This document shows, piece after piece, positions 16,227-26,406 of a stretch of DNA of 64,000 bases; within the stretch, counting starts at the first letter, position 1; every line of letters starts with the position of its first letter. A model generated the notes under the pieces. The model saw only the letters and a program-made list of their open reading frames with translations. It had not been told where the DNA came from and made no database searches. Source of the stretch: Endomicrobiales bacterium (GTDB lineage: Bacteria > Elusimicrobiota > Endomicrobiia > Endomicrobiales > JAFGGC01); NCBI GenBank assembly GCA_016930715.1, contig JAFGGC010000013.1:7796-71795 (forward strand). The letters are read 5' to 3'. A program made the translations under genes and the position numbers.

Positions 16227-17543
16227 ATGGCTAAGGAAACAAAAAAAGACAAAAAGGACGTTAAGGTCAACATAGTGGACACCAGACCCTGTTCCGTGAC
16301 CCTTGATATCGAGGTGCCGCACAGCGACGTTTTGGACGAAACCGAGAAAGTTTTTTTGCAGATACAGCAGCAGGCGCAGATACCGGGTTTTCGCGCGGGC
16401 AAGGCCCCAATGGACCTCGTGAAGCAGAACTACACCAATACCGCCAAGGAAAAAGTCATCCAGAACCTGGTACAGAAGACGGCTTTTTCCTCGCTCGAGG
16501 CCAAGGGCATCTCTCCGGTGGACCACCCTCAGATCAGCGAGCTCAAATTCGATTTTGACCGGCCTTTCACGTACAAGCTGAAGTCCGAACGTCACCCTGA
16601 ATTCAAGGTAAAGGATTACAAGGGAATAAAGATAAAAAAGGAAATAAGGGAGATAGCCGAAAACAGGGTCAACGAGACGCTTGACAGCCTTAGAGAAAGG
16701 AACGCGAGGCTCGAGCCTTCGATGTCCGAGGCGGCATCTGAAAAAAGTTACGTGCTCGTGGACTATCAGGGTATGGTGGACGGCAAGCCCGCGGGCGATC
16801 TCAACGCGAAAAACCAGCTTATAGACCTTTCGGCGCCCCAGACTCTGGCGGGTTTCAAGGAAATCCTCGTGGGAGCCAAAAAAGGGGATGAGAAGGAGTC
16901 AAAAATAAATTTCCCGGCGGACCATCCTCAGAAGGCCTATGCCGGAAAGGACGTGACGTTCAAGATAAAGGTGAACGACATAAAAGAAAAAATCCTGCCC
17001 GCCGGCGACGACGAATTCGCAAAGGACCTCGGCCTTAAGGATCTTGCCGAGCTAAAGAGCAAAATAAAAGAAAGCCTTGAGGCAGAAGAAAAAAAACGGC
17101 AGGATTCGGAAGTCGAAAAGCAAATAATGGAGCATCTTGCTTCCGCGAACAGTTTCCCCGTTCCGGATTCGCTGGTCGAATCGCAGCTTTCGTCCATGCT
17201 CGAACGCATGAAAAACTACATGAAATACCAGGGTTTGCCCGAAAGCGAATTTGAAAAGAATATCGATGAGCTGAGAAAAAAATATAGGTCCGAGGCCGAA
17301 AAAAATGTTAAAATATCTTACATATTCAACGCGATTGTCGCGGAAGAAAAGATCGAAGCCGCGAAGGAAGACATTGACGCGGAACTCGAGAGGCTGAAAG
17401 GGTCATCACAGGGGCGCCCGGAAATCGCCGAGAAATATTTCGAGAAACACAAGGATTCTCTGATATCGAAAATAAAGGAAGAAAAGCTTATCAGGTTTCT
17501 TTTGGATAACGGGAAGGTAAAAGAAACAAAAGGCGACAAATAG
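16227..17543 (+). CDS. tig: trigger factor
   Basis: Start moved to ATG 16227 (GAAAGG SD) so the gene no longer overlaps tRNA-Leu. Supported by FRAGKAP, the PPIase-like middle region, and the tig-clpP-clpX-lon gene order. Confidence 0.9.
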   Translation: MAKETKKDKKDVKVNIVDTRPCSVTLDIEVPHSDVLDETEKVFLQIQQQAQIPGFRAGKAPMDLVKQNYTNTAKEKVIQNLVQKTAFSSLEAKGISPVDHPQISELKFDFDRPFTYKLKSERHPEFKVKDYKGIKIKKEIREIAENRVNETLDSLRERNARLEPSMSEAASEKSYVLVDYQGMVDGKPAGDLNAKNQLIDLSAPQTLAGFKEILVGAKKGDEKESKINFPADHPQKAYAGKDVTFKIKVNDIKEKILPAGDDEFAKDLGLKDLAELKSKIKESLEAEEKKRQDSEVEKQIMEHLASANSFPVPDSLVESQLSSMLERMKNYMKYQGLPESEFEKNIDELRKKYRSEAEKNVKISYIFNAIVAEEKIEAAKEDIDAELERLKGSSQGRPEIAEKYFEKHKDSLISKIKEEKLIRFLLDNGKVKETKGDK

Positions 17544-17546
17544 ATT

Positions 17547-17616
17547 CGCGAATTGGAGAATTGGCGAATTGGTTTTGACGTTCAAATTTAAAAATTCGCC
17601 AGTCAACCAATTCACG
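17547..17616. repeat. long palindromic intergenic element, copy 1 (family shared with 58152-58229)
   Basis: Left arm cgcgaattggagaattggcgaattgg and right arm aattcgccagtcaaccaattcacg are imperfect reverse complements. The left arm plus the next two nt (28 nt in all) matches the 58-kb copy at 24 of 28 positions. Confidence 0.6.
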
Positions 17617-17636
17617 AGTTTTATGGAGGTTGAAAA

Positions 17637-18248
17637 ATGGCACCGATAATACCCACGATCATCGAGAGGTGGAACCAGGGGGCCGCGGTAGGATATGACA
17701 TCTATTCGAGGCTTTTGAAAGACAGGATAATTTTTGTCGGCGGCTACGGCGGGGCCGTGACGACCGATTCGGCAAACCTAATAATAGCCCAGCTTCTATA
17801 TCTTGAAGCAGAAGACCCCGATAAGGACATAAACCTCTACGTGAATTCGCCCGGCGGTATGGTGACGGCCGGGCTTGCGGTATACGACACGATGCAGTAC
17901 ATCCGTTGCCCGATAACCACCATATGCATGGGGATGGCGATGTCTTTCGGGGCGCTCCTTCTGTCCGCCGGCACGAAAGGAAGGCGTTTCGCATTGCCCC
18001 ATTCGAGGGTTATGATACACCAGCCGCTCATCTACGGGGAAGGGCTTTCGGGAACAGTTTCCGACATAAACATCGAGACGAAAGAACTCATCGAGACCAA
18101 AGACAAGCTCATAGAAATACTCGCAAAACATACGGGACAGACGGCCGACCGCGTCCGCCAGGACACCGAAAGGAATTTTTACATGTCGGCCGAGGAAGCC
18201 AAGAAATACGGCATAGTGGACGAGGTCATAGCGACGAGGAAAAAATAA
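17637..18248 (+). CDS. clpP: ATP-dependent Clp protease proteolytic subunit (triad Asp replaced by Asn)
   Basis: [30 protein letters not shown] (Ser103) and RVMIHQP (His128). [10 protein letters not shown] has Asn180 where E. coli DTERDRFLSA has the catalytic Asp. Confidence 0.95.
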   Translation: MAPIIPTIIERWNQGAAVGYDIYSRLLKDRIIFVGGYGGAVTTDSANLIIAQLLYLEAEDPDKDINLYVNSPGGMVTAGLAVYDTMQYIRCPITTICMGMAMSFGALLLSAGTKGRRFALPHSRVMIHQPLIYGEGLSGTVSDINIETKELIETKDKLIEILAKHTGQTADRVRQDTERNFYMSAEEAKKYGIVDEVIATRKK

Positions 18249-19507
18249 TGGTTGACAACCAGAAAAACAGCCCTAATCAGGAATGTGTTTTCTGCAAGCG
18301 CGGGCGCCTGCACGGCCTCAGGCTCATCGGAGGCCAGGGTGTTTACGTCTGCGAGGAATGCATAAAAAATTCCAAGGAGCTCCTTGACAGGATAGAGTCC
18401 GAAGAGGCCAAGCGCGCGCTCAAAAACCTTCCCAAGCCCCGCGAGATAAAGAAAGCCCTTGACCAGTATGTTATCGGGCAGGACCGGGCAAAAAAATCAC
18501 TTTCCGTGGCGGTTTATAACCATTACAGGCGCCTTGAAACCGTGTTCGTGAAGCACAGCGCGGGCGATGTCGAACTCCAGAAATCAAACATCCTTATGAT
18601 AGGGCCCACGGGGACGGGAAAGACCCTTCTTGCTCAGACGCTGGCAAAGATGCTTCACGTGCCGTTTGCGATGGCGGACGCCACGACGCTGACCGAAGCA
18701 GGTTACGTCGGCGAGGACGTTGAGAACATAATCCTGAGGCTTCTCCAGAGCGCTTCCTATGACGTCAAAAGGGCCGAAAAAGGCATAATCTACATAGACG
18801 AGATAGACAAGATATCGAGAAAAACCGACAGCCCTTCGATAACGCGCGATGTCTCTGGCGAAGGCGTCCAGCAGGCTCTCCTGAAAATACTTGAAGGCAC
18901 GGTCGCCAGCGTCCCGCCGCAGGGCGGCAGGAAGCACCCCCAGCAGGAATACATACAGGTGAATACCACGAACATCCTCTTCATCTGCGGCGGAGCGTTT
19001 GAGGGCCTCGACAAGGTGATAGAGCAAAGGATATCGAGCAAGAAACTCGGGTTCGTTTCGGATGTCAAGAGCGGCAAGGAAAAGAACGCGGACGAGATAA
19101 TCTCCCAGGTGCAGCCGGAAGACCTTATCAAGTTCGGCCTTATCCCGGAATTCGTCGGGCGTGTTCCGGTGGTCACGACCCTTGAGCGACTGACGAAAGA
19201 AGACCTTATAAGGATACTGACGGAGCCTAAGAACGCGATGGTCAAACAATACCAGAAAATGTTCAATCTCGAAGGGGTAGGGCTTGAGTTCACGCCCGAA
19301 GCCCTATCAGAAATAGCTTCCATGTCCATAATGAGGGGTTCCGGAGCGAGGGGTCTTAGGGCGATTCTTGAGAACCTGCTCATGGAAACGATGTTCGAAC
19401 TGCCGGAGCAGAAGGAGCTTGAAAGGTGCGTGGTTGACATTGACGTTGTCAGGAAACGCGAACACCCGAAGATGTTCTACCGTTCCGAAATGGACAAATC
19501 GGCGTAA
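18248..19507 (+). CDS. clpX: ATP-dependent Clp protease ATP-binding subunit ClpX
   Basis: ATG 18248 overlaps the clpP stop (TAATG). Zinc finger CVFC...CEEC, Walker [24 protein letters not shown]. Confidence 0.95.
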   Translation: MVDNQKNSPNQECVFCKRGRLHGLRLIGGQGVYVCEECIKNSKELLDRIESEEAKRALKNLPKPREIKKALDQYVIGQDRAKKSLSVAVYNHYRRLETVFVKHSAGDVELQKSNILMIGPTGTGKTLLAQTLAKMLHVPFAMADATTLTEAGYVGEDVENIILRLLQSASYDVKRAEKGIIYIDEIDKISRKTDSPSITRDVSGEGVQQALLKILEGTVASVPPQGGRKHPQQEYIQVNTTNILFICGGAFEGLDKVIEQRISSKKLGFVSDVKSGKEKNADEIISQVQPEDLIKFGLIPEFVGRVPVVTTLERLTKEDLIRILTEPKNAMVKQYQKMFNLEGVGLEFTPEALSEIASMSIMRGSGARGLRAILENLLMETMFELPEQKELERCVVDIDVVRKREHPKMFYRSEMDKSA

Positions 19508-19556
19508 TAAAAAAACCGTTGCTCTAAAATTTCAATAGAAGCGATGAGGAGAAAAG

Positions 19557-21914
19557 ATGAGCGAACTTGACCGCAAACAGTCGGAAAAAGACGGTACGCC
19601 CATAAACATCCCTTCGAAACTTCCTCTTTTGCCCATCAGGGACATCGTGGTATTCCCCGCGATGGTCCTGCCTCTTGCCGTGGGAAGGGATAAGTCCATC
19701 AAAGCGCTCGAAGAAGCGATGGCCACTCAGCGCCTCGTATTCCTCGTGACTCAGAAACACGTTCAGACCGAAGACCCCAGCCCGGAAGACATATATAACA
19801 TAGGGACGGTGGCCGAGGTCCTTCAGCTTCTCAAGATGCCGGACGGCACGCTGAAAGTCCTGGTTGAGGGCATACAGCGCGCCCGCTGGACGGATTTCAG
19901 GATGTCCAGCCGCGGTTACAACGAGGTGGACATAAACGTGCTTCCCGAAACGGCCGATAAAAAGCCGGAAACCGAGGCGCTTATGCGCCGCTCGGTGTCG
20001 TTGTTCGAGCAGTACGTGAAATTGAACCCCAGGCTTCCCATGGAAATAGCGGTCGCCGTGTCTAACATCGCCGACGCGGGCCGCCTGGCTGACACCGTCG
20101 CGTCCCACCTTCTCATAAAAATACAGGACAAGCAGTCCATACTGGAGTTCTCGAACCCGCAGGAGAGGCTTGAAAAGCTGGTCCAGCTTCTGAACGCCGA
20201 GATAGAAATACTTAATATCGAACGGCGGATACAGAACAGGGTAAGAAGCCAGATAGAGAAGACCCAGAAGGAATACTACCTGACCGAACAGATGAAAGCG
20301 ATACAAAAAGAGCTCAGGCAGAAGGACGACTACGCCAAGGAGCTTGACGAACTGAGGGTCAAGATCAAGGAAGCCAAGATGTCGCCGGAGGCCCAGGATA
20401 TCGCAGAAAAAGAGATAGTGCGCCTCGAAAAGATGATGCCTTTCTCGCCCGAAGCGACCGTGGTCAGGACTTATCTTGACTGGCTCATAAGCCTTCCGTG
20501 GGCCATCAACACCAAGGACAATCTCGACCTCAAACGGGCGCAAAAGACACTGGACGAGGACCACTTCGGGCTTGAGAAGATAAAGGAAAGAGTGCTCGAG
20601 TACCTTGCCGTGCTCGGGCGCGTTCAGAAGATAAAAGGGCCCATACTCTGCTTTGTCGGGCCGCCAGGCGTGGGTAAAACCTCCATAGCGAAATCCGTGG
20701 CCAGGAGCCTGGGGAGGAATTTTATCAGGATATCGCTGGGGGGCGTGAGGGATGAAGCCGAGATACGCGGCCACAGGAGGACCTACATAGGATCGCTGCC
20801 CGGGCGCATAATACAGTCCATGCGCAAGGTAAAGTCTAACAATCCGGTTTTCATACTTGACGAGATAGACAAGATGGGTTCGGACTGGCGCGGCGACCCG
20901 TCAGCCGCGCTTCTCGAGGTTCTTGACCCGGAACAGAACTATACTTTCAACGACCATTATCTGGACGTCGATTTCGACCTTTCAAGGGTCATGTTCATAA
21001 CCACGGCAAACACGCTCTACAACATACCGCCGACCCTTCTCGACCGGCTTGAGATCCTGAGGTTCTCCGGCTACACGCTTGAGGAAAAGATAAAGATAGC
21101 CCAGAAATTCCTGGTACCGAAGCAGATAAAGGAACACGGCTTGAAGGAAGACGAGATAGACATCTCCGAAAAGGTAATAACCGACATAGTGAAGAACTAC
21201 ACTCACGAAGCCGGCGTGAGAAACCTCGAAAGGGAGATAGCCAATCTCTGCAGGAAGACCGCCAAGGAGCTTTCTCTGGACAAGAAAAAGGATACGGTGA
21301 AGCTCACCCCCGAGAGCCTAGGCAAGTACCTCGGGGTGCCTAAATACGAACGCGAAAAAATCGCGCAGAACGACATCGGCGTAGCCACCGGCCTCGCCTG
21401 GACCGAGATAGGCGGGGAAACACTGACAATCGAGGTCAACAAGATGAAGGGCCGCGGTGTCCTGAACCTTACCGGGAAACTGGGTGACGTGATGAAGGAA
21501 TCGGCGCAGGCCGCGCTTTCATACGTGCGTTCTTCGGCGAGAAAGCTCAAAATAAACGAGACGCTTTTCAAGGAAACGGATTTTCACATACACGTGCCCG
21601 AAGGGGCCGTGCCGAAGGACGGCCCTAGTGCGGGGATCGCGATGGCGCTTGCGCTGGCGTCCATTTCAACGAGCAAGCCTGTCAAAAAAGGCATCGCGAT
21701 GACGGGTGAAGTGACTCTCCGGGGCAGGGTGCTCCCGATAGGGGGATTGAAGGAGAAGGTCATAGCCGCCTACAGGGACAACATAAAGACTATACTTTTT
21801 CCGGAAGGCAACAAGAAAGACCTGACCGAAATACCGGAAGACATAAAATCCAAGATAAAGATGGTTTCGGTCAAGCACATGGACGAGGTCCTGAAAATAA
21901 GTCTCGAAAAGTAG
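19557..21914 (+). CDS. lon: Lon protease
   Basis: LPLLPIRDIVVFP N-domain, Walker A GPPGVGKTS, catalytic PKDGPSAG Ser and the GGLKEK Lys region. Confidence 0.95.
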   Translation: MSELDRKQSEKDGTPINIPSKLPLLPIRDIVVFPAMVLPLAVGRDKSIKALEEAMATQRLVFLVTQKHVQTEDPSPEDIYNIGTVAEVLQLLKMPDGTLKVLVEGIQRARWTDFRMSSRGYNEVDINVLPETADKKPETEALMRRSVSLFEQYVKLNPRLPMEIAVAVSNIADAGRLADTVASHLLIKIQDKQSILEFSNPQERLEKLVQLLNAEIEILNIERRIQNRVRSQIEKTQKEYYLTEQMKAIQKELRQKDDYAKELDELRVKIKEAKMSPEAQDIAEKEIVRLEKMMPFSPEATVVRTYLDWLISLPWAINTKDNLDLKRAQKTLDEDHFGLEKIKERVLEYLAVLGRVQKIKGPILCFVGPPGVGKTSIAKSVARSLGRNFIRISLGGVRDEAEIRGHRRTYIGSLPGRIIQSMRKVKSNNPVFILDEIDKMGSDWRGDPSAALLEVLDPEQNYTFNDHYLDVDFDLSRVMFITTANTLYNIPPTLLDRLEILRFSGYTLEEKIKIAQKFLVPKQIKEHGLKEDEIDISEKVITDIVKNYTHEAGVRNLEREIANLCRKTAKELSLDKKKDTVKLTPESLGKYLGVPKYEREKIAQNDIGVATGLAWTEIGGETLTIEVNKMKGRGVLNLTGKLGDVMKESAQAALSYVRSSARKLKINETLFKETDFHIHVPEGAVPKDGPSAGIAMALALASISTSKPVKKGIAMTGEVTLRGRVLPIGGLKEKVIAAYRDNIKTILFPEGNKKDLTEIPEDIKSKIKMVSVKHMDEVLKISLEK

Positions 21915-22043
21915 GAAAAGAGGGTTTATGTGGATAGGTAGAGAATAATCGCGCTGACACAGGTAAAAAGCAGAGAAAATCTGCATTACGGTACAATCAC
22001 GCCTTTAAAAAGTCAAATAAAAAATAAACGAACGGAGGAAAAC

Positions 22044-23180
22044 ATGAAAAAACATTATCTGCTCACGCCAGGCCCCACCCCGGTCCCGCCGGAGGTAGCC
22101 CTGAAGGAAGCTCTCCCCATTCTGCACCACAGGACGAGCGAATTCGGTGCGGTATTTTCCGAGGTCGCCGAAGGCCTGAAATACGTTTACAAAACCAAGA
22201 ATGACGTCCTTATAATGGCGGCGTCCGGAACGGGTGCGATGGAGTCGGCGATAGTCAACCTGCTCAATCCCGGGGACGAAGCGCTCGTGGCAACTTGCGG
22301 AAATTTCGGCGAGAGGTGGACGAAGCTACTCGAGGCTTACGGCTGCAAACCCACGGTGATATCTGTTGAATGGGGCAAGGCGGTCAATCCAGCCGACATT
22401 GAAAAGGCCCTTAAGGCAAACGCGAAAATAAAGGCCGTGTACACGCAGTTCACCGAAACTTCGACTGGCGTGGTAAACGACATATCCGCCATCGGAAGGA
22501 TAGTGGACAAAACGCCGGCGGCGTTCGTGGTCGACGCTATATCGGGCCTTGCCGGGCAGGAGTTTTTGACGGACGACTGGAAAGTGGACGTGTGCGTTTC
22601 CGGTTCGCAGAAAGGGCTTATGCTCGGGCCGGGCTTGGCGTTCGTTTCGGTGAGCGCGAAGGCCTGGAAACTTGCGGAAGAAGCTAAGCTGCCGAGGTTT
22701 TACTGGGACTGGAGGAAGATGAAAAAGTCCCTTGCGACAAAGGAAACGCCGTTCACGCCGGCTGTCACGCTGATAGTGGCGCTTTCAGAAGCCATAAAGA
22801 TGATAAAGGCGAAAGGTATCGAAAACGTGTGGGCAGAGAACAAGCTGCACGCGAAGGCCGCCAGAGCCGGAATGAAAGCGATCGGGCTTGAACTTTTCGG
22901 GGAGAATCCCTGCGACGTCGTCACCAGCGCCAAGGTTCCCGAAGGGGTCGACGGCGGAAAGATAGTAAAGACCCTGAGAGAGGAATACGGGGTCTCGATC
23001 GCCGGCGGCCAGGCCCAGCTTAAAGGAAAGATAATACGTTTCGCGCACATGGGCTACATAGGAAAGGCTGATCTGCTTGTGGGGTTTGCCTGCCTTGAGA
23101 TGGTGCTGTCAAAGCTCGGATACAAGCTGGAGAAAGGCAAAGCCGTGGCAGCGGCGGAAGAAGTGCTCTTGAACGGATGA
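22044..23180 (+). CDS. class-V aminotransferase (serine-pyruvate / phosphoserine aminotransferase-like)
   Basis: LLTPGPTPVP N-terminus and SGSQKGLM PLP-lysine motif. Sits directly upstream of serA. Confidence 0.85.
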   Translation: MKKHYLLTPGPTPVPPEVALKEALPILHHRTSEFGAVFSEVAEGLKYVYKTKNDVLIMAASGTGAMESAIVNLLNPGDEALVATCGNFGERWTKLLEAYGCKPTVISVEWGKAVNPADIEKALKANAKIKAVYTQFTETSTGVVNDISAIGRIVDKTPAAFVVDAISGLAGQEFLTDDWKVDVCVSGSQKGLMLGPGLAFVSVSAKAWKLAEEAKLPRFYWDWRKMKKSLATKETPFTPAVTLIVALSEAIKMIKAKGIENVWAENKLHAKAARAGMKAIGLELFGENPCDVVTSAKVPEGVDGGKIVKTLREEYGVSIAGGQAQLKGKIIRFAHMGYIGKADLLVGFACLEMVLSKLGYKLEKGKAVAAAEEVLLNG

Positions 23181-23277
23181 ATCTGCAGTTGGACGCCCGC
23201 CACTTTACCTTCCGCCACCGCACGTTCGGCGGACAGGTCGGCGGGCCCCCGCCTTGGGCGGGGGAAAGGAAAAGAAA

Positions 23278-24858
23278 ATGTATAAAATACTGATGACTTA
23301 CAACAACACGGAAGGTCTCGATAAGCTACTTGAAAATCCCGAATTTAAAATTGAGATACACCCAAAGCCGGCCCCGGAGGATTTCAAGCACCTGATAAAG
23401 GACTACGACGGGCTGCTGATACGCTCCGAAGTCAAGGTCACGGCCGACGTGATCGACGCTGCGGCCAAGCTCAAATTCATCGGGCGCGCCGGAACGGGCG
23501 TGGACAACGTGGACACGGCAAGGGCGACGCAAAAAGGGATAGTCGTGGCGAACGTTCCCGGCGGCAACACCATATCCGCGGCCGAGCACACCGTCGGGCT
23601 GATGCTTTCGCTCGCCAGGAACATACCGCAGGCGTGCTCGTCGCTCAAGACAAAAGAATGGAAGCGCGACAAGTTCGGCGGCACCGAACTTCAGGGTAAA
23701 ACTCTCGGGCTGATCGGTCTCGGGCGGATCGGGCGCGAAGTCGCGCACAGGATGATATCCTTCGGAATGAAGGTCGTGGCTTTTGACCCTTTCGCGTCAA
23801 AGGAATTCGCCCACAGCTCGGGGATCGAACTCAAGACGCTCGACGAACTCTACGCCGAATCGGACTATATTTCCATCCACTCGCCGCTGAACGATACTAC
23901 CCGCAACATGATAGACGCAAACGCGCTCAAGAAGATGAAGAAGGGCGTAAGAATAGTGAATTGCGCAAGAGGCGGCATAATAGACGAAAAGGCGCTTTCG
24001 GAGGCCATAAAGGACGGGCACGTCAAGGGAGCCGCCATAGACGTTTTCGCCAAAGAGCCGCCCACCGATTGGACCATAATAGAGAACGGCGGTACCGTCG
24101 TCACGCCGCATCTGGCGGCTTCCACCGAAGAGGCCCAGGTCAAGATTGCCCAGGAAATAAGCGAGGTGGTGATTGACTATTTCACCAAAGGGCTGATAAG
24201 AAACGCCGTCAACGTGCCCACGGTGGAATGGGAGACCTACAAGCAGCTTGAACCTTACATATCCCTTTCCGAGAAGATAGGTTCTTTTCAGGGTCAGATA
24301 CTCGAAGGAGGGATAAAGGAAATAGAGTTCCAGTGCATGGGCGAGATAGCCGCGTTCAACACCAACCCGCTTCTTGTCGCCTACATCAAGGGGCTTTTGA
24401 GCCCCATACTCGACATAAAAGTGAACTTCGTGAACGCCCCTCTCCTTGCGAAGGAAAGAGGGATCAAGTTCAAGGAATCCAAGGTCCAGCAGGTCGTCGA
24501 CTACACTTCCCTTCTTACCGCTAAGGTCGTCACGGACAAGGGCGACATAGTGGTTTCGGGCACTCTGTTCGCTCAGAAACATCCGAGGATAGTCAGCCTC
24601 GACGGACTTGTCGTGGATATCGTACCTTCGGGCAATATGCTTCTTCTCTCCAACATCGACAGGCCGGGCGTCGTGGGCCAGTTAGGAGTCTTCCTGGGCA
24701 AGAACAACATCAACATCGCGAATATGCAGGTGGGCAGGAAGGAAGTAGGCGGAGAGGCGGTCACGGTGATAAACGTCGATTCGGAAGTGTCACAAGAGCT
24801 TCTCAAGCAGATATCCAACTTTTCCGGGATAAACAAGGTCAGACAGGTAGCGTTATAA
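23278..24858 (+). CDS. serA: D-3-phosphoglycerate dehydrogenase (long form with ACT domain)
   Basis: GLIGLGRIGREVA NAD-binding motif, NCARGGIIDE, VVTPHLAAST, and a C-terminal ACT-like DRPGVVGQLG. ATG 23278 preferred over TTG 23254. Confidence 0.9.
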   Translation: MYKILMTYNNTEGLDKLLENPEFKIEIHPKPAPEDFKHLIKDYDGLLIRSEVKVTADVIDAAAKLKFIGRAGTGVDNVDTARATQKGIVVANVPGGNTISAAEHTVGLMLSLARNIPQACSSLKTKEWKRDKFGGTELQGKTLGLIGLGRIGREVAHRMISFGMKVVAFDPFASKEFAHSSGIELKTLDELYAESDYISIHSPLNDTTRNMIDANALKKMKKGVRIVNCARGGIIDEKALSEAIKDGHVKGAAIDVFAKEPPTDWTIIENGGTVVTPHLAASTEEAQVKIAQEISEVVIDYFTKGLIRNAVNVPTVEWETYKQLEPYISLSEKIGSFQGQILEGGIKEIEFQCMGEIAAFNTNPLLVAYIKGLLSPILDIKVNFVNAPLLAKERGIKFKESKVQQVVDYTSLLTAKVVTDKGDIVVSGTLFAQKHPRIVSLDGLVVDIVPSGNMLLLSNIDRPGVVGQLGVFLGKNNINIANMQVGRKEVGGEAVTVINVDSEVSQELLKQISNFSGINKVRQVAL

Positions 24859-24867
24859 AAGCATAAC

Positions 24868-25623
24868 ATGTACGCCATAGAAGTCAGGAATCTGACTAAA
24901 ACCTACGTAAAAAAGCACCTCACGAAAACCTTCAGGAACAGGGGCGTGGAGGAGCTCACCTTCGGCGTCAACAGGGGCGAGATATTCGGCCTGCTCGGCT
25001 TGAACGGTTCGGGCAAAACGACAACCATTAAACTGCTCCTTGGCCTCCTGAAGGCTACTTCAGGCGAGATAAAAATCCTCGACGAGGCCGCGCCGTCCAC
25101 CGGGCTTCTCAAGAAAATAGGGTATCTTCCCGAAGTGCCGTATTTCTACAGGTATCTGACGGGCGAGGAGATACTGAAATTCTACGCGAGGCTTTCCGAC
25201 ATCAAAAACGAGGACAGTAAGGTGCAGGAAGTTCTTTCTTCGACGGGGCTTTCTTCGGTTTCAAAAAGAAGGCTTTCGGAGTTTTCCAAGGGCATGCTTC
25301 AGCGCATAGGCCTGGCACAGAGCCTCCTGCACGACCCGGAAATACTTATATATGACGAACCCGTCAGCGGGCTGGACCCGCTCGCGATATCCCAGATGAG
25401 GGAGCTGATAGTCGGCCTCAAGAAGAAGGGAAAGACGGTTTTCCTGTCGTCCCATCTGATCTCCGAAGTGGAGAAGATCTGCGACAGGGTGGGGATTCTC
25501 GCTTCCGGCAGGCTCGTGCGGGTGATAGAACAGAAGGACTGGAACAAGGCCGGAGGCGGCCTTGAGAAGATTTTTGTTTCGGACGTCGCCGGCACCGCAG
25601 AGCTCGGCGCCATGAAGGTTTAG
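24868..25623 (+). CDS. ABC transporter ATP-binding protein
   Basis: Walker A GLNGSGKTT, signature-like FSKGMLQR, Walker B ILIYDEP. Confidence 0.9.
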   Translation: MYAIEVRNLTKTYVKKHLTKTFRNRGVEELTFGVNRGEIFGLLGLNGSGKTTTIKLLLGLLKATSGEIKILDEAAPSTGLLKKIGYLPEVPYFYRYLTGEEILKFYARLSDIKNEDSKVQEVLSSTGLSSVSKRRLSEFSKGMLQRIGLAQSLLHDPEILIYDEPVSGLDPLAISQMRELIVGLKKKGKTVFLSSHLISEVEKICDRVGILASGRLVRVIEQKDWNKAGGGLEKIFVSDVAGTAELGAMKV

Positions 25624-25635
25624 GGAAGTTTAAGA

Positions 25636-26400
25636 ATGAAGAAAGTGTTCTCGATAGCGTACTACACATTCATCGAAAGCGTGAGGAACCGTGTTTTTTA
25701 CGTCCTTGTCCTTTTCGGCGTCGTGCTTGTTTTTTCGGCGCTCCTGTTGTCCGTGCTCGGCGGGGAGCAGCAGCAGAGGGTGTTGCTGAACCTGGGGCTT
25801 GTAGCGATGGAGTTTTTCGCGATACTGACCGTCTGCTACGGGGCCGTGACGCTCGTGCTTGAAGAGATGGAATCAAAGACGATATACCTTGTCCTTTCAA
25901 GGCCTGTGCCGAGGAGCGCGTATATCGCCGGGCGCTATCTGGGCCTTCTCCTTGCCGTGTACCTCGGGTTCGTTATAATGTCTTCCTTCCACGTCGCGCT
26001 GCTTTTTGCTAAAAAATGGGTGTTCGCTCCGAGATACGTTGTCGCGGTCCTTCTTTCCGCGGAAAAGATAACGATACTCGGCTCCGTTGCACTGTTCTTT
26101 TCGCTGTTTTCGACGTCGGCCGTTTCATCAATAAGTTTCACGTTTTTTTTCTGGGTGCTCGGGCATTTCAGCGAGGAGATGAGCTTCCTTGCGGGCAAGT
26201 TGAGCAACATTATTCTGGCGGTTGTCTTCAAGACGGCTTACTATGTTTTCCCGAATTTCCAGTGCATGAACCTCAAGGATTTCTGGGACGTGCCGAACGT
26301 GATGGGGGGGTGGATAGTCTATTCTTTCGGCTACGGATTCTTATACTGCGCGGTGTTTTTCCTCCTGAGCGTCCTTCTTTTCGCGAAAAAGGAATTTTAA
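25636..26400 (+). CDS. ABC-2 type permease
   Basis: Six hydrophobic segments. Immediately follows the ATPase gene. Confidence 0.75.
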   Translation: MKKVFSIAYYTFIESVRNRVFYVLVLFGVVLVFSALLLSVLGGEQQQRVLLNLGLVAMEFFAILTVCYGAVTLVLEEMESKTIYLVLSRPVPRSAYIAGRYLGLLLAVYLGFVIMSSFHVALLFAKKWVFAPRYVVAVLLSAEKITILGSVALFFSLFSTSAVSSISFTFFFWVLGHFSEEMSFLAGKLSNIILAVVFKTAYYVFPNFQCMNLKDFWDVPNVMGGWIVYSFGYGFLYCAVFFLLSVLLFAKKEF

Positions 26401-26406
26401 ACCTGT

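Noticed and set aside
15983-16234. 83-aa ORF, and the N-terminal extension of ORF 16125-17543.
   Set aside because: Both overlap tRNA-Lys and tRNA-Leu. Trigger factor has a good SD and ATG at 16227, downstream of the tRNAs.
17906-18247. The 114-codon N-terminal extension of the clpX ORF.
   Set aside because: It is out of frame within clpP and Arg/His-rich. The conserved ClpX zinc-finger N-terminus begins at ATG 18248, which overlaps the clpP stop.
19524-20774. 416-aa minus-strand ORF, plus similar long antisense ORFs at 29793-30815, 34863-36488, 50022-50885, 53711-54610 and 59672-60433.
   Set aside because: Each lies entirely antisense to a plus-strand gene with unmistakable family motifs (lon, carbamoyltransferase, O-antigen-ligase-like, HEAT, secF, GT9). 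Their translations are low-complexity and Arg/Pro/Gly-rich. These are typical shadow ORFs in GC-rich DNA.
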